DNA of 64,000 nucleotides from Leucoraja ocellata. Its lineage: Eukaryota. Below, in pieces: positions 1 through 11,988 of this stretch. Each line of letters opens with the position of its first letter. Position 1 is the first letter of the stretch. Location of the stretch: positions 620,001 to 684,000 of the forward strand of contig JAWMAR010000361.1 of NCBI GenBank assembly GCA_036785375.1, read 5' to 3'. The notes below the pieces were generated by a model. The model did no database searches. It saw only the letters and a list, made by a program, of their open reading frames with translations, and was not told the DNA's origin. A program made the position numbers and the translations under genes.

Positions 1-486
1 GCAGCGGCTAATTAAATTTCCCATTACAGTTCCACACTTGTGTGAACCAAACTCATTTCAAACTTAAGCACCAAAATGAGAGGATTCGAGGATCAGGGAA
101 AAACATTCATTCAATTCCCATAAGATATTTAGTGATTTTAAACATAATTGGAAACTTATTGCACAGTAAGAGCTTTGCACTTTACATAAACAGAATACTA
201 AGTGGTCCAATGTGTGAAGATATCCCTGAACATTAGTGAAGTCCCTTGGGCCTAGTTCATGACGAAGCCATTGGCATCAAGCAAGTTTAATATAAATGCC
301 ACAATGGGGGAACTGACTGGCACAGCAGGCGAAGGCTCTCATTGTTATTTCCTTTCTCTGGTTCCACAATTCGCAGCTCTGTCTCACACCTTCTGCTTTT
401 ATCTCTGGTCTTTGTTGCAATCACCTGCCTAACATCCTCCCCCTTGCCTATGTCCACCTATTACCTGCCACATTTTGTCCTCCCAC

Positions 487-1084
487 TCGCCGGATGATGA
501 AGCTCTGGCGTCGGGAGAACGCTCTGCAGCGGCTTGGATGACTGGAACGGCCGCTTCCTCCCCGGAGACCGAGGAATGCACACCTTTGGCCGCTTTCAAC
601 TTGGTGCTTGGGTTCAGATTGCCCAGTAACCTATGGCTTGTGTGGGAAAATGATGGTGTGCATCCCTCGGGACAGCCCCCACTCTCCCACGGCCACCCTC
701 CGCGGGCTGCGGGTCGGGTGGAGCGGAGGTTTGGGACAATGTTCATGCCTTCACAGTGATGTGATGGATTCGGGGGTCTGGACCAATCGCTAACAAGTCC
801 CGCCCCCCGGCAACGTCATGTCCGTTATTGGACTTTTCTGTTGAGCGGCAGTCGGTCCCTTGGCTTGTAGGCGACTCCAACTTTCAGGTAGGTGGCGTTT
901 CGACAGAGCGGCCATTCGGTGAGTTTGCTTTTAGGCGACTCCAACTTTCAGGTAGGTGGCGTTTCGACACGTTTAGGCGTCCCATCCTTTCGGTTAGTAG
1001 GCGTTTCGTCTTCGGACGCTTTCGGCTTATTGGCGTTTCGGCCTCGTTTCCATTCTTGTATGTCGGTGCCACGTCCGGGTACCG
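487..1084. mobile_element. Unclassified GC/CpG-rich insertion with subterminal GCGTTTCG repeats (possible DNA-transposon end)
   Basis: Abrupt CpG-rich segment. A 38-bp direct repeat lies at 868-905 and 932-969, and GCGTTTCG/CTTTCGG motifs recur between about 895 and 1045. Family not recognised. Confidence 0.35.
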
Positions 1085-1706
1085 TTGGGTTTGACAAGTT
1101 GAGCTGTGGGCAGGCTGACAGGTGCAATGGCCAAGACTATCAGGAGATTATGGGACTGTTGTCCACAATTTACCATTCATTAATCCAACTGCCTAGTGCA
1201 AGCCAGGCACCCCACACCTGCATTCCATTACGTGTGGCTACAAGGTGCCTCTTCCTCCTAGCAGTAGTTATTAGGAAATAGACCACCATCTTCACGAGAA
1301 CAGGAATTATTGCTCCTGGAGTCTACAAAGGGAATAGAAACAGCATCTCATTGTAACAGGAGCAGTCCTTTACTCGTATGTTAACAATATCTCAAATATG
1401 TTACATTTTCAAAGTGAAACTTTACAGAGAGTTAAAAGGCATTGAAAGACATACTTGATATATTTGACATTCGAAGTATGTATGAAAATTGATGTTTTCC
1501 GGAATGAAATGTGATTTCTTGTTTGAATTGAACCACTCGGGAAATTCACGCAGGAATTTCCAGTCATGAGTTGTATTTCTGTGAATGAGTTGTTTTGTAT
1601 GTTGGGCGCTCAGTAATTATGCCATTTGGTATTCAAAGCTTATTCAGAGCTATGGTGGGTAACATTAGATGATATTGTTGTAAAGGAGCATCTGTCATTG
1701 TGTGCA

Positions 1707-1878
1707 GGAAGGAACTGCAGATGCTGGTTTACACCGAAGATCGACACAACATACTGGAGTAAACTAGTGGGACAGGCAGCATCTCTTGGTGACGTGTGAA
1801 GAAGGGTCTTGACCCGAAACATCACCCATTCCTTCTATCCGGTGATGCTGCCTGTCCCACTATGTTACTCCAACACTT
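1707..1878. mobile_element. Fold-back Penelope-like terminal-repeat mini-element (older subfamily)
   Basis: Inverted arms GGAGTAA..GGGACAGGCAGCATC / GATGCTGCCTGTCCC..TTACTCC. Degenerate hammerhead core at 1796-1824. TSD TGTCATT(G/T)TGTGCA at 1693-1706 and 1879-1892. Confidence 0.8.
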
Positions 1879-2410
1879 TGTCATTTTGTGCAAATGGGAA
1901 GTGCTGAGGCCACCACACAGCACCCACAACCTGGGCTCACTGTTAACTTCCAGTGCTATCTATGTGGAGCCTGCATGTGCTCTCTGCGACTGTGTGGATA
2001 TCTCCCCACTACCCCCCTCCCCTCCACCTCTCGAAGTGCTTGGGTTCCCTTCCAGATCCAAAGACATGCCAGTAGGTCATTACTGCTGTAAATCGCAGCT
2101 TAGTTGGGAAACAGCTCCTGCTAAGGAAATTGTAGAGAGTAGTGGATGTAGCCCATCAGACTCCTCACTGTGAACCCCATATTCACTTCATGCCACCTCA
2201 TGAAAGCAGCCAACATTCTTGCCCTCAGTTATCAGACTTCTGAATGAATCTTTCATAAGTTAGGGTACAGTCCTAATTTTTCAAACTACCTTATAGCAGA
2301 TCTTGGACTTTTTCTCTGGAACTGTTACGCTACAATACCGAATAACTATATTCTGGACTTTGGTACTTTTCTCTTTGCTCGGCCTGAACTGAGTTTGGCA
2401 TGATTGTACT

Positions 2411-2722
2411 ATAGAAACAAAGAAAACAGGAGCAGGAGTAGGCCATTTGGCCCTTCGATCATCCAAAATCTGTGCCCCATTCCTGCTTTCTCCCCATATC
2501 CCTTGATTCTGTTAGCCCTAAGAGCTACATCTACCTCCCTCTAAAAAACATCAGTGAATTGGCCTCCACTGCCGTATGTGGCAGAGAATGTTACAGATTC
2601 ACAACTCTCTGGGTGAAAAAGCTTTTCCTCATCTCAGTCCTAAATGGCCTACCCCTTATTCTTAAACTGTGACCCCCTGATTCTGGACTCCCCCAACATC
2701 GGGAACATTTTACCTGCGTCTA
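2411..2722 (-). mobile_element. CR1-clade LINE 3' fragment
   Basis: Reverse strand resembles the RT C-terminal 'FFTQRVVNLWNSLP' region plus the 3' UTR; diverged copy. Confidence 0.8.
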
Positions 2723-2860
2723 TTATCTGAGGAAAGATGTGCTGGCACTGGGGAGGGTCCAGGAGATAAAGATCCCTGGGATAATTGGGTCAACATACCT
2801 AGACAACAGTGAATTTATGGAATAAATTGCTGCAGACGGCTGTGGAGGTTGTGAGGTCAA

Positions 2861-3410
2861 ACATAGAAACATAGAAATTAGGTGCAGGAGTAGGCCATTC
2901 GGCCCTTCGAGCCTGCACCGCCATTCAATATGATCATGGCTGATCATCCAACTCAGTATCCCGTACCTGCCTTCTCTCCATACCCTCTGATCCCCTTAGC
3001 CACAAGGGCCACATCTAACTCCCTCTTAAATATAGCCAATGAACTGGCCTCGACTACCCTCTGTGGCAGAGAGTTCCAGAGATTCACCACTCTCTGTGTG
3101 AAAAAAGTTCTTCTTATCTCAGTTTTAAAGGATTTCCCCCTCATCCTTAAGCTGTGACCTCTTGTCCTGGACTTCCCCAACATCGGGAGCAATCTTCCTG
3201 CATCTAGCCTGTCCAACCCCTTAAGAATTTTGTAAGTTTCTATAAGATCCCCTCTCAATCTCCTAAGTTCTAGAGAGCATAAACCAAGTCTATCCAGTCT
3301 TTCTTCATAAGACAGTCCTGACATCCCAGGAATCAGTCTGGTGAACCTTCTCTGCACTCCCTCTATGGCAATAATGTCCTTCCTCAGATTTGGGGACCAA
3401 AACTGTACGC
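2861..3410 (-). mobile_element. Young CR1-clade LINE 3' fragment (ORF2 C-terminus)
   Basis: ORF 2953-3450 reads CVQFWSP..RRLRGDLIETYKI..FFTQRVVNLWNSLP. (TTTCTATG)n tail. Near-identical to the copies at 9546, 32647 and 46716. Confidence 0.95.
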
Positions 3411-4713
3411 AAGTGGAGATTGATACATTCTTGATTAGTACGGCTGTCAAAGGTTACAGAAAAAAACCTTGGGCTTGTGAGGTAAGACATTCCCTCTGCA
3501 GATGTGTAGGAAGAAACTGCAGATGCTGGTATAAACAGAGGATAGACACAAAAAGCTGGAGTAACTCAGCGGGTCAGACAGCATCCCATTGAGTGACTCC
3601 AGTACATGGTATTTTCACTCTTTATAGTCGAGTCTTGCTGCAGGTTGAATGTTCTGGCCAGTTTGTGACATTGCGACTTTACTGTACAACTGGCACACTA
3701 CATAACTCTTCTGCTCAGTCACAATCACAATACGAATGAATGAAACAAGAACAATGTGCCCATGAGTAAAGGTAGCACTGAACAATTTATTACGTCGAGG
3801 AAAGTTTATGTTGTGGCATTAAAACTGCAGTTTCTCTGCAGATTGTCAAATATCAGTCAATGATCCCAAAATTGGGTTTTCTCTCTCAACAATGTATTCA
3901 CTTCTAAGTCCATTATCCGGATAATTTATTGGACATTTCCTTTGGAGGAATTATGGCCGAGCTATTGTATTATTGCAAGCGTAATGGGGATTGATAAGAA
4001 CTAAACAAACAGTAGCTTGGAAACTCATCTGTGCCTGCGATTGTTCTGGGTGTGGGGCAAACTGCACAAATCACCAGCACTTAAAGCTCCACAGAGTCAA
4101 GAGCTATACAGATCCAGAGCCAAAAAGAGGGCTTTGAGTGAATTAATTCATCCACTGTCCCCAATCAAACATGCTCTAACGCAGCACCAAATCTGTAATG
4201 CAAGGATAAGTTCCTTTAATGGATCATTGTACTCACAAGTTGTCTCACCCAGTTTTTGGCAGCAAACTTTCAGTTTTCAGTTGTTCCAAACAACTTTTTG
4301 ATTGAAGTAGCCTTTCCCTAAAGTAGTTGTTAAACAAGTCATCTTTTACTCTGCATAGTGCATTAACATTTTGCACAGTGAAGTCGGACAGAGGGCTGTT
4401 AGGCAGACTGGCGGTGGGAGGGAGTGCACTGCATCAATGGTGGAGAGGGCCGGTGGAGGCCATGCAGCAGCCTGGGACTCGGTTGGACCAGGCGCTGCTC
4501 CAAGTGGCCAAGCTCGTGGACCGGATCCAGGTTATAGGGGGGGGGGGAGCAGCGGTGGAGGAGCAGAAGAGGACACCACAGCTACGCTTGAACAGGTTGA
4601 CCACACAACGCCTGCCAGGACAACGGGCCTTCATGGTGAGGTCAAGAACCCTGCACTTACAAACTAAGACTTAAAAATAGCGCCAAAAACTGGCGGCTCT
4701 GGATACTATCTTA

Positions 4714-4939
4714 TGCCCCTGTCCCACTTAGGAAACCTGAACGGAAACCTCTGGAGACCTTGCGCCCCACCCAAGGTTTCCGTGCGGTTCCCGGAGGTTG
4801 CAGGTGGTTGCCGGAGGTTGCAGGTAGTGGAAGCAGGTAGGGAGACTGACAAAAACCTCCGGGAACCGCACGGAAACCTTGGGTGGGGCGCAAAGTCTCC
4901 AGAGGTTTCCGTTCAGGTTTCCTAAGTGGGACAGGGGCA
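4714..4939. mobile_element. PIF/Harbinger (Tourist-like) palindromic MITE, family A
   Basis: 86-bp near-perfect inverted arms (4714-4799 and 4854-4939) starting TGCCCCTGTCCCACTT. TTA TSD at 4711-4713 and 4940-4942. Confidence 0.92.
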
Positions 4940-5682
4940 TTAGTGTATTACTTGTACTGTACCTGAGATGCCTATCCAAGATGCATCTAAGTGCTTATGT
5001 ACTGTAATGAACTTTATGCAAAATTAATTTCATTGAATCTCAGTAACATATGACAAATAAAGTGCCATCGAAAAGTACATTGAAATTTGGCAGAGCGCTT
5101 CGTGCTGCTAACCTGATCTCCGACAAGGGCATTGGTAATTTACACCCACCCAATACATCTTTTTAGATCTTGAAACTGGTGTTAAATCTTCAGGATGTGG
5201 TGTGTGTCAAAGAACTTGTCCGTTCATTCAAAGTCATGAGGTGGAGAGATCAGCGTTTGCGGGGATGATCTTGGATCTAAAATGGGGCTCAGAGCGAGGG
5301 CCAACTGAGAGACAGTGACGGCTCAGTGCAGGCAATCAGTAGTCAGACACATGGAGGGAGAATCAGACAAAATGTGTAGGGAAGGGACTGCAGATGGTGG
5401 CTTACACTGAAGATAGACACAGAAGCAGGAGTAACTGAACAGGGTCAGGCAGCATCTCTGGAGAAAAGAAAAAAAATGACATCTCACGTTGAAATCCATC
5501 TTCAGACTGAGAGTCTGACTCTCCATCCAACAATGACATAACTAGCAAGTGGTTCTGTACAAGTTTTTAAAAAAAAAATCCCGATTTTTATTAAAATTGG
5601 CCATTCAAAAGTGTTTATTGTTTGTGATAGATCAATTTACATCTGTAGAAATCTAACTGCCTCAGGTTACCTTTCTCAAAAA

Positions 5683-6163
5683 GAATCATACAGGACAGAA
5701 ACAAATCCTTCAGCCCAATTTGTCCATGTTGCATAAGCTGCCAGTCTGCGCAAGTCCCATTTGCAGCAATTGATCCATCTCCCTCTTAACCTTTTCTCAT
5801 CATCTACCTGTCCAAGTTACTTTTAAAAGTTGTTACACTCACTGCCTCAACCACTTCACCTGGCAGCTCATTCCATATCTGTATCACCATCTGTGTGAAA
5901 AAAAGTTGCCAGTCAGGTTCCTATTAAATAGTTCCCTTCACATTTATGCCCTCAGTTCTTGATTCCCCTACCTTGTTGAAAAGACTCTGTACACGTACCC
6001 TATCAATGGCCCTCATGATTTTATACACTTCTTTCTATAAAATCATTCCTTGGTCTCCTACACTCCAAGGAATAAAGCCCCAGCCTGCCCAACTTCTCTC
6101 TGTAACTGAGTCCAAGTCCTGTCAATGTCACTGTGAATCCTTTCTGCACTCACTCCAGCAGAA
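5683..6163 (-). mobile_element. Old CR1-clade LINE fragment ending at assembly gap 6164-6438
   Basis: Diverged similarity to the CR1 ORF2 end and 3' UTR seen in other copies in the window. Confidence 0.7.
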
Positions 6164-7380
6164 NNNNNNNNNNNNNNNNNNNNNNNNNNNNNNNNNNNNN
6201 NNNNNNNNNNNNNNNNNNNNNNNNNNNNNNNNNNNNNNNNNNNNNNNNNNNNNNNNNNNNNNNNNNNNNNNNNNNNNNNNNNNNNNNNNNNNNNNNNNNN
6301 NNNNNNNNNNNNNNNNNNNNNNNNNNNNNNNNNNNNNNNNNNNNNNNNNNNNNNNNNNNNNNNNNNNNNNNNNNNNNNNNNNNNNNNNNNNNNNNNNNNN
6401 NNNNNNNNNNNNNNNNNNNNNNNNNNNNNNNNNNNNNNCTCTATGACATTGTTCAATTGTGTTATTTCATTGCAGAGTTTCCTTTTATATGCAAATAAAT
6501 TTGAACTAAAACTTTCTAAAAGCAAAATACTTATTAAAATCAACATGGCTTTGAATATTGTAATCCTGATCACCAATTGTGTTGAAATGAAAACTCCACA
6601 GCAAGTTTACTATCATTAATGGAATCTGAAATGACATTAATTTGAAGAATTTGATGAATCCTTTCAGCCAAGCTTCAAGATGTTTCTTGAAAACAATAAT
6701 AGCTGTCTTTATAAATTATTTTTTTTCAGGATTGTTATATTTGGCTTAAGGTACAGATATGGTTCACTGATTTAACGAACTAACAAAAATCCAGGTTTGA
6801 ATTGTAGATAAATCTAACTATAAAATTCTGTCTGAGTCATTCATTTCCTGTTACACAGATGAAATAGCAAAGTGGATTTCAGAAAGGAGCTTTTGTGACT
6901 TGGGTGTTAGTGGACCAGTGAGTCTACCTATAATCTGGGGAAGGGCTAATGCAGTTTCAGGCTTTTATCTTGTTGCAGTCAGTATCCCAGCTGGACAATA
7001 AAACATTGTTCCAGTTTGTGCCTTTGGATTACTAAATAGATATGGCTTGAATCAGTCAATATTCCACCTACATTGAAATGAAAACCACATGAGGACGCAG
7101 CCAGTACTAATATACATCATGCTTTTTCTTCATGTGTTCTCATTGTTAATGACAAATGTGGATATATGTCTGCCGGTATAATATATAAATATAAGAGTGA
7201 ACCGAGCAATCATTAAAACCAAATGCAACATGGTGTTGTTTGTTAGCGATATCTGTCTATAGTTTCACATAGTTTCTACTAAACCATCCTTTGATCAGCT
7301 GTTAAAAAGCTTGGCTCCAGTTAAATAAAATGGGAAATGCCTGTTTTCACTTTCCAGGAAGGTTCTGAGAAATTCTCTTT

Positions 7381-7637
7381 GTCACAGCGGTAGAGTTGCT
7401 GCCTTGCAGCGTCAGAGACCCAGTTTCGAACCTGACCGCGGGTGCTGTCTGTATGGAGTTTGCACGTTCTCCCCAGTCCCCCACGTGGCTCACCTCCGAA
7501 ATCTTCGGTTTACTCCCACACTCCAAAGACTTACAGGTTTGTAGGTTAATTGGCTTGGTATCAGTGTAAATTGTCCCTAATGTGTGTAGGATAGTGTTAA
7601 TGAGCGAGCATCGCTGGTCGGTGTGGACTCGGTGGGC
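7381..7637 (+). mobile_element. HE1-like tRNA-derived V-SINE
   Basis: tRNA-like head with a B-box-like GTTTCGAACC, central TGGAGTTTGCACGTTCTCCCC, and the GGTTTGTAGGTTAATTGG block. Confidence 0.85.
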
Positions 7638-8440
7638 ACTTTGTAGTCAAACACTGCCTGAGTGCGTTGACCATTATAGACACTATTGTGGCAACTCGGC
7701 TTGTGGAACGATTTCCGCATGCCTTCACCAATATAATTATGCAGACAGATTCAGCCGGAAATAAGAACACCTCCTTGAGATTCATTATCAAGAATATTTG
7801 CTTTGATGCTTGATGAGATGAATTATACAAAAAACTGAAGTTGGGCACAAAGCGTATGAAAAGCAAGCAAGCTACTGAATACAAATGTCTAGAGCATTTG
7901 CTTTTCCATAAATTAGATCCTTTATTTGTCATTCAGACCTTGCGAAAAGCAGGTTGAATGGCGTGTTAAAAAAATAGCAGAGTTTCTAAAACTATTCCCC
8001 ATAAATTCTTGCAACAACCCCAATTACAACTTTACAGAGAAGAGAAACTGCAGCTATTGAAACATCTTGGTTTCATTAGTAAAGCGAATGCTGCATCATG
8101 TTGAGTCTCTGACACCTCTGTGACTTGTTCTGAAATCTAAGGTTGAACATTTTTTTCAATTTTACTTTCATGATAGAAAGTGATCAGCTTTCTAAAGATG
8201 CTGCCTGACCCGCTGAATTACTCCAGCATTTTGCGTTCATCTTTACTATAAACCAGTGCTGCAGTTCCTTTCTATTACATTATGTTTATATATTTGCTGT
8301 GCTACTGCATGTAAGAATTTCATTGTTCTGTTTTGAGATATGTGACAATAAAACACTCTTGACTCGACTCATGGCTCTTGGATCTGGAGTATAAGAGGAT
8401 ATTTGTATTGCCTTCTTAATGCTGCTACTTTCCGCTGGTG

Positions 8441-8565
8441 GTACACAACAATGCTGGAGAAACTCAGCGGGTGCAGCAGCATCTATGATGCTGCTGCACC
8501 CGCTGAGTTTCTCCAGCATTTTTGTGTACCTTCGATTTTCCAGCATCTGCAGTTCTTTCTTAAAC
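8441..8565. mobile_element. Fold-back Penelope-like mini-element (young subfamily)
   Basis: About 44-bp inverted arms (8440-8483 and 8487-8530) with a 3-nt loop. TSD ACTTTCC(G/T)CTGGTG at 8427-8440 and 8566-8579. Confidence 0.88.
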
Positions 8566-9169
8566 ACTTTCCTCTGGTGCTAGTCTTCTGCTGTGACATT
8601 CCCAATGAAGGGGTTTCAGCCCCACCCCTGCAGTCGGCACTGACCACCACAAGTGAATTGGCACAGAACAGGAGGAAAGGCAAGCAGAAATCCGGTACAG
8701 TCTCACCTGTGGACAGGCCAGGAATGACTGTAGGGCTCAGGTAGACCATGGCAACCTTCCTTTACAGTGGAAAGTTCAGAAGGAAATAACCTTTGATGTA
8801 TTTGTGACCGATACATCTAAATGCCAAACGCAGCCATGCACACTTGCATTCCTCTGCTGCATCTATGTTTGGTTCACAATGGGAAAGTGATCTAGAAGAC
8901 TCACCTGTACTAAACCGTCAGTTGCCGGGCAGATCACTGATGATGAGATATTTTATAATATATTCTTATAATCACTTTACTGATGGTGCGGAAGGAGGAT
9001 CCTGGTAAGATGTGGCCATACCCGACAGTACATTGTAAATTGTAACGAGTGTGTAGTATAGTACCAGTGTATGGGGTGATCGCTGGGCGGTGCAGACTCG
9101 GTGGGCCGAAGGGCCTGTTTCCGTACTGTATCTCTAAACTAAACTAAACTAAACATGAACTAAAATTAA

Positions 9170-9451
9170 TGGGCCCGTCCCACTTACGCGACTTTTTCAA
9201 CATGTTGAAAATCCAGCGGTGACTAGAACAAGGTACAACTCTTTGGGCGACTACTCACGACCATACAGGCTTCACCCTGTGAAATGTCGCCAGGGTGTCA
9301 CCTGTATGGTCGTGACTAGTCTCCCAAAGAGTCGTAGCGTTGTTCTGGTCGCCGCTGGATTTTCAACATGTTGATATTTTCGGCGACCGGCAACGACCTA
9401 TGACGGGCGCCAGCAGCCGCTGAATAAGTTGCGTAAGTGGGACAGGCCCCA
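9170..9451. mobile_element. PIF/Harbinger MITE, family B
   Basis: TIRs TGGGCCCGTCCCACTTACGC / GCGTAAGTGGGACAGGCCCCA. TAA TSD at 9167-9169 and 9452-9454. Additional internal inverted segments. Confidence 0.88.
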
Positions 9452-9545
9452 TAACTATCAGTATCGCCCCTGGGAGAGTAAAATCACAAAATATTTATCT
9501 TACAAGTCCGCAGTCATTTTAATAGAAAAGGGATTGCATCTGATC

Positions 9546-9998
9546 TGAAAGACTGGATAGACTTGGTTTATACTCTCTAGAATTTAGGAGATTGAGAGGG
9601 GATCTTATAGAAACTTACAAAATTCTTAAGGGGTTGGACAGGCTAGATGCAGGAAGATTGTTCCCGATGTTAGGGAAGTCCAGGACAAGGGGTCACAGCT
9701 TAAGGATAAGGGGGAAATCCTTTAAAACTGAGATGAGGAGAACTTTTTTCACACAGAGAGTGGTGAATCTCTGGAACTCTCTGCCACAGAGGGTAGTTGA
9801 GGCCACAGTTCATTGGCTATATTTAAGAGGGAGTTAGATGTGGCCCTTGTGGCCAAGGGGATCAGGGGGTATGGAGAGAAGGCAAGTACGGGATACTGAG
9901 TTGGATGATCAGCCATGATCATATTGAATGGCGGTGCAGGCTCGAAGGGCCGAATGGCCTACTCCTGCACCTAATTTCTATGTTTCTATGTTTCTATG
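9546..9998 (+). mobile_element. Young CR1-clade LINE 3' fragment
   Basis: ORF 9592-9837 reads RGDLIETYKILKGLDR..FFTQRVVNLWNSLP, followed by a frameshift. (TTTCTATG)3 tail. Confidence 0.95.
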
Positions 9999-10595
9999 AT
10001 GACAATAAAGTGTGTGCAACATCTGCATGTTTCGGTTTAAGTTCTTCTGAGTGGGACATGGATTTGAACTGACTGAAAGGGGTTTGGAAAGGTCAAATAA
10101 AAAAATCTGCACATTTGGTTTTCAACTGCTGTTGTTACCACAGCTTTCAACCCACCCCATTGTAGGACCCGCATGTGGCATTAATGCAAGTCATATTTCA
10201 TGTGTTACTTCACACTTGATCCATAAGTATATTTTGGCAATGTCAGAGCACGCACCTTTCAAAGGAGGTATGCAGATATATTTGGGCACCCCTGGCTGTG
10301 GAACGTTTACAGAGGATCACTGACTAAGCTCTGATTTGTCGTCCTGACAAACGGCAAATGAAAACATGATGCTGAAGTCAGAACTTTCTTTCCGTAGGTA
10401 ATGTTATGAAAGCTTTATTCCTTTGCGGTAATTTGTCCAATCACTGAGGTAACGTCCTCGAAAGTTATTGGGTATGAATGAAAAATGATTTAATAAGTTG
10501 AAGGTTTCCCCTCAGCCCTTGCAGCTCCTAAAAGAGCAACCATGACCAGACGAGGTCTCAGGGCACCTTCTGCCCATCAGGTAATTGTGATGCTT

Positions 10596-11305
10596 ACTTT
10601 AGACTTCAGATTTTGGAGATACAGTGTGGAAAACGGGCCCTTCGGCCCAGCGAATCTGCACCAACCAGCGACCCCCGCGTGCTGACACTGGCCTACACAC
10701 TAGGGACAATTTACATTCTTACAGTAGGTATGTTGCAAAACCTACCTGAATCGTCGCTGAGAATCTGCCCCAGCCCGTGTGTGTGATTTTGGCGCTGTTT
10801 AGAGAGGGCGGGTTTCTGTTCCAATCGAAGATGTCCAGCCTAGTAAATCATTAACGAAAAATCGCTGAAAGACCCCGTCGCAAAAGGTATTATTAGTTTT
10901 ATAGGCCTCGAATAATAGTTATAATAGTTTTAAAATCACTCTCTCAACCCGCGACCTCTCGCAGCCCCAGGGTTTTATAAAGCAAACAATTAAAGGTATG
11001 TACCTTATTTTTACATTAAAAGGGGCTTTTTAAGACACCTTTATACAAAGTTTACTATAGCGAGTAGTTCATTTTGGGCTCTTTATATCCCGCAGTATTT
11101 TTCTGGGCATTTGAGGGCAGAAATCTACCGCAATGTGAACGTTCTAAACCAACGTTCTAGGAGGAGACCAGAGCACCCGGAGAATCCCCACATGGTCACC
11201 GGAAAAATGTACAAACTCCGGAAAGACAGTACCCATTGTTGGGATCAAACCTGGGTCCCTGGCGCAGTAAGGCAGCAACTCTATTCCTGGCGCCACTGTG
11301 CCACT
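10596..11305 (-). mobile_element. HE1-like SINE split by an unrelated ~440-bp insertion (10722-11160)
   Basis: SINE tail at 10596-10721 and SINE body/head at 11161-11305 are collinear. Confidence 0.75.
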
Positions 11306-11505
11306 CCAAGTTTACGTGTTAATCATTGTTTATAGTTTAGAGATACTGCATGGTAACAGGCCCCTCGACCCACCGAGTCCACCAACCATTGATCACCCAT
11401 TCACACTAGTTCTAGGTGCAGACAGCACATGTGATCAGGATATAACTCAAGTATCTGATACTGTGTGGCATCAGCTCTACCAGCTGTGTTGCTTGTCTTT
11501 GGTCG

Positions 11506-11988
11506 ACAGACAGAAGTGGACAACATCATGAGAGGAATAGATTGGGTAAATGCACAGAGTGTTTTGCCCAGGGGAATCGAGAACCAGTGGAGATAGGTTT
11601 AAGGTGAGGGGGGAAAGATTTAATGGGAACTTTTTCATACAAAGGGTGTTTTGGGTATGGAACGAGCTACTGGAGGAGGCAGTTGGGTCAGGTACTCTTG
11701 GAATGTTTAAGAAGCATTTCAACAGGTACATGGATAGGACAGGTACATGGATAGGACAGGTACATGGATAGGACAGGTACATGGATAGGACAGGTACATG
11801 GCTAGGACAGGTACATGGATAGGACAGGTACATGGACAGGACAGGTACATGGATAGGACAGGTACATGGATAGAACAGGTTTAGAGGGAAATGGGCTGAA
11901 TGCGGGGCAGGTGGCATGTTGGTCGGCTTGGACAAGTTGGGCCACATGGCCCTTTTCCACGCTGTATCACTCTATCACTATGAGTCTA
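11506..11988 (+). mobile_element. CR1-clade LINE 3' fragment with internal minisatellite
   Basis: ORF 11550-11771 contains RTSGDRFKVRGERF..FFIQRVFWVWNELLEEAV. Confidence 0.8.
11722..11880 (+). repeat. 17-bp minisatellite (ACAGGTACATGGATAGG) x9 plus partial
   Basis: Counted directly; three units carry single substitutions. Confidence 0.95.

Noticed and set aside
868-969. Repeat-spacer-repeat (38 bp + 26 bp) resembling a mini-CRISPR
   Set aside because: Only two units, embedded in a degenerate tandem array, in a eukaryotic context.
11135-11160. Canonical Helitron 3' end (hairpin + CTAG)
   Set aside because: The hairpin overlaps CTAG instead of lying about 11 nt upstream, the flank is not A|T, and there is no 5' TC; kept only as unclassified.
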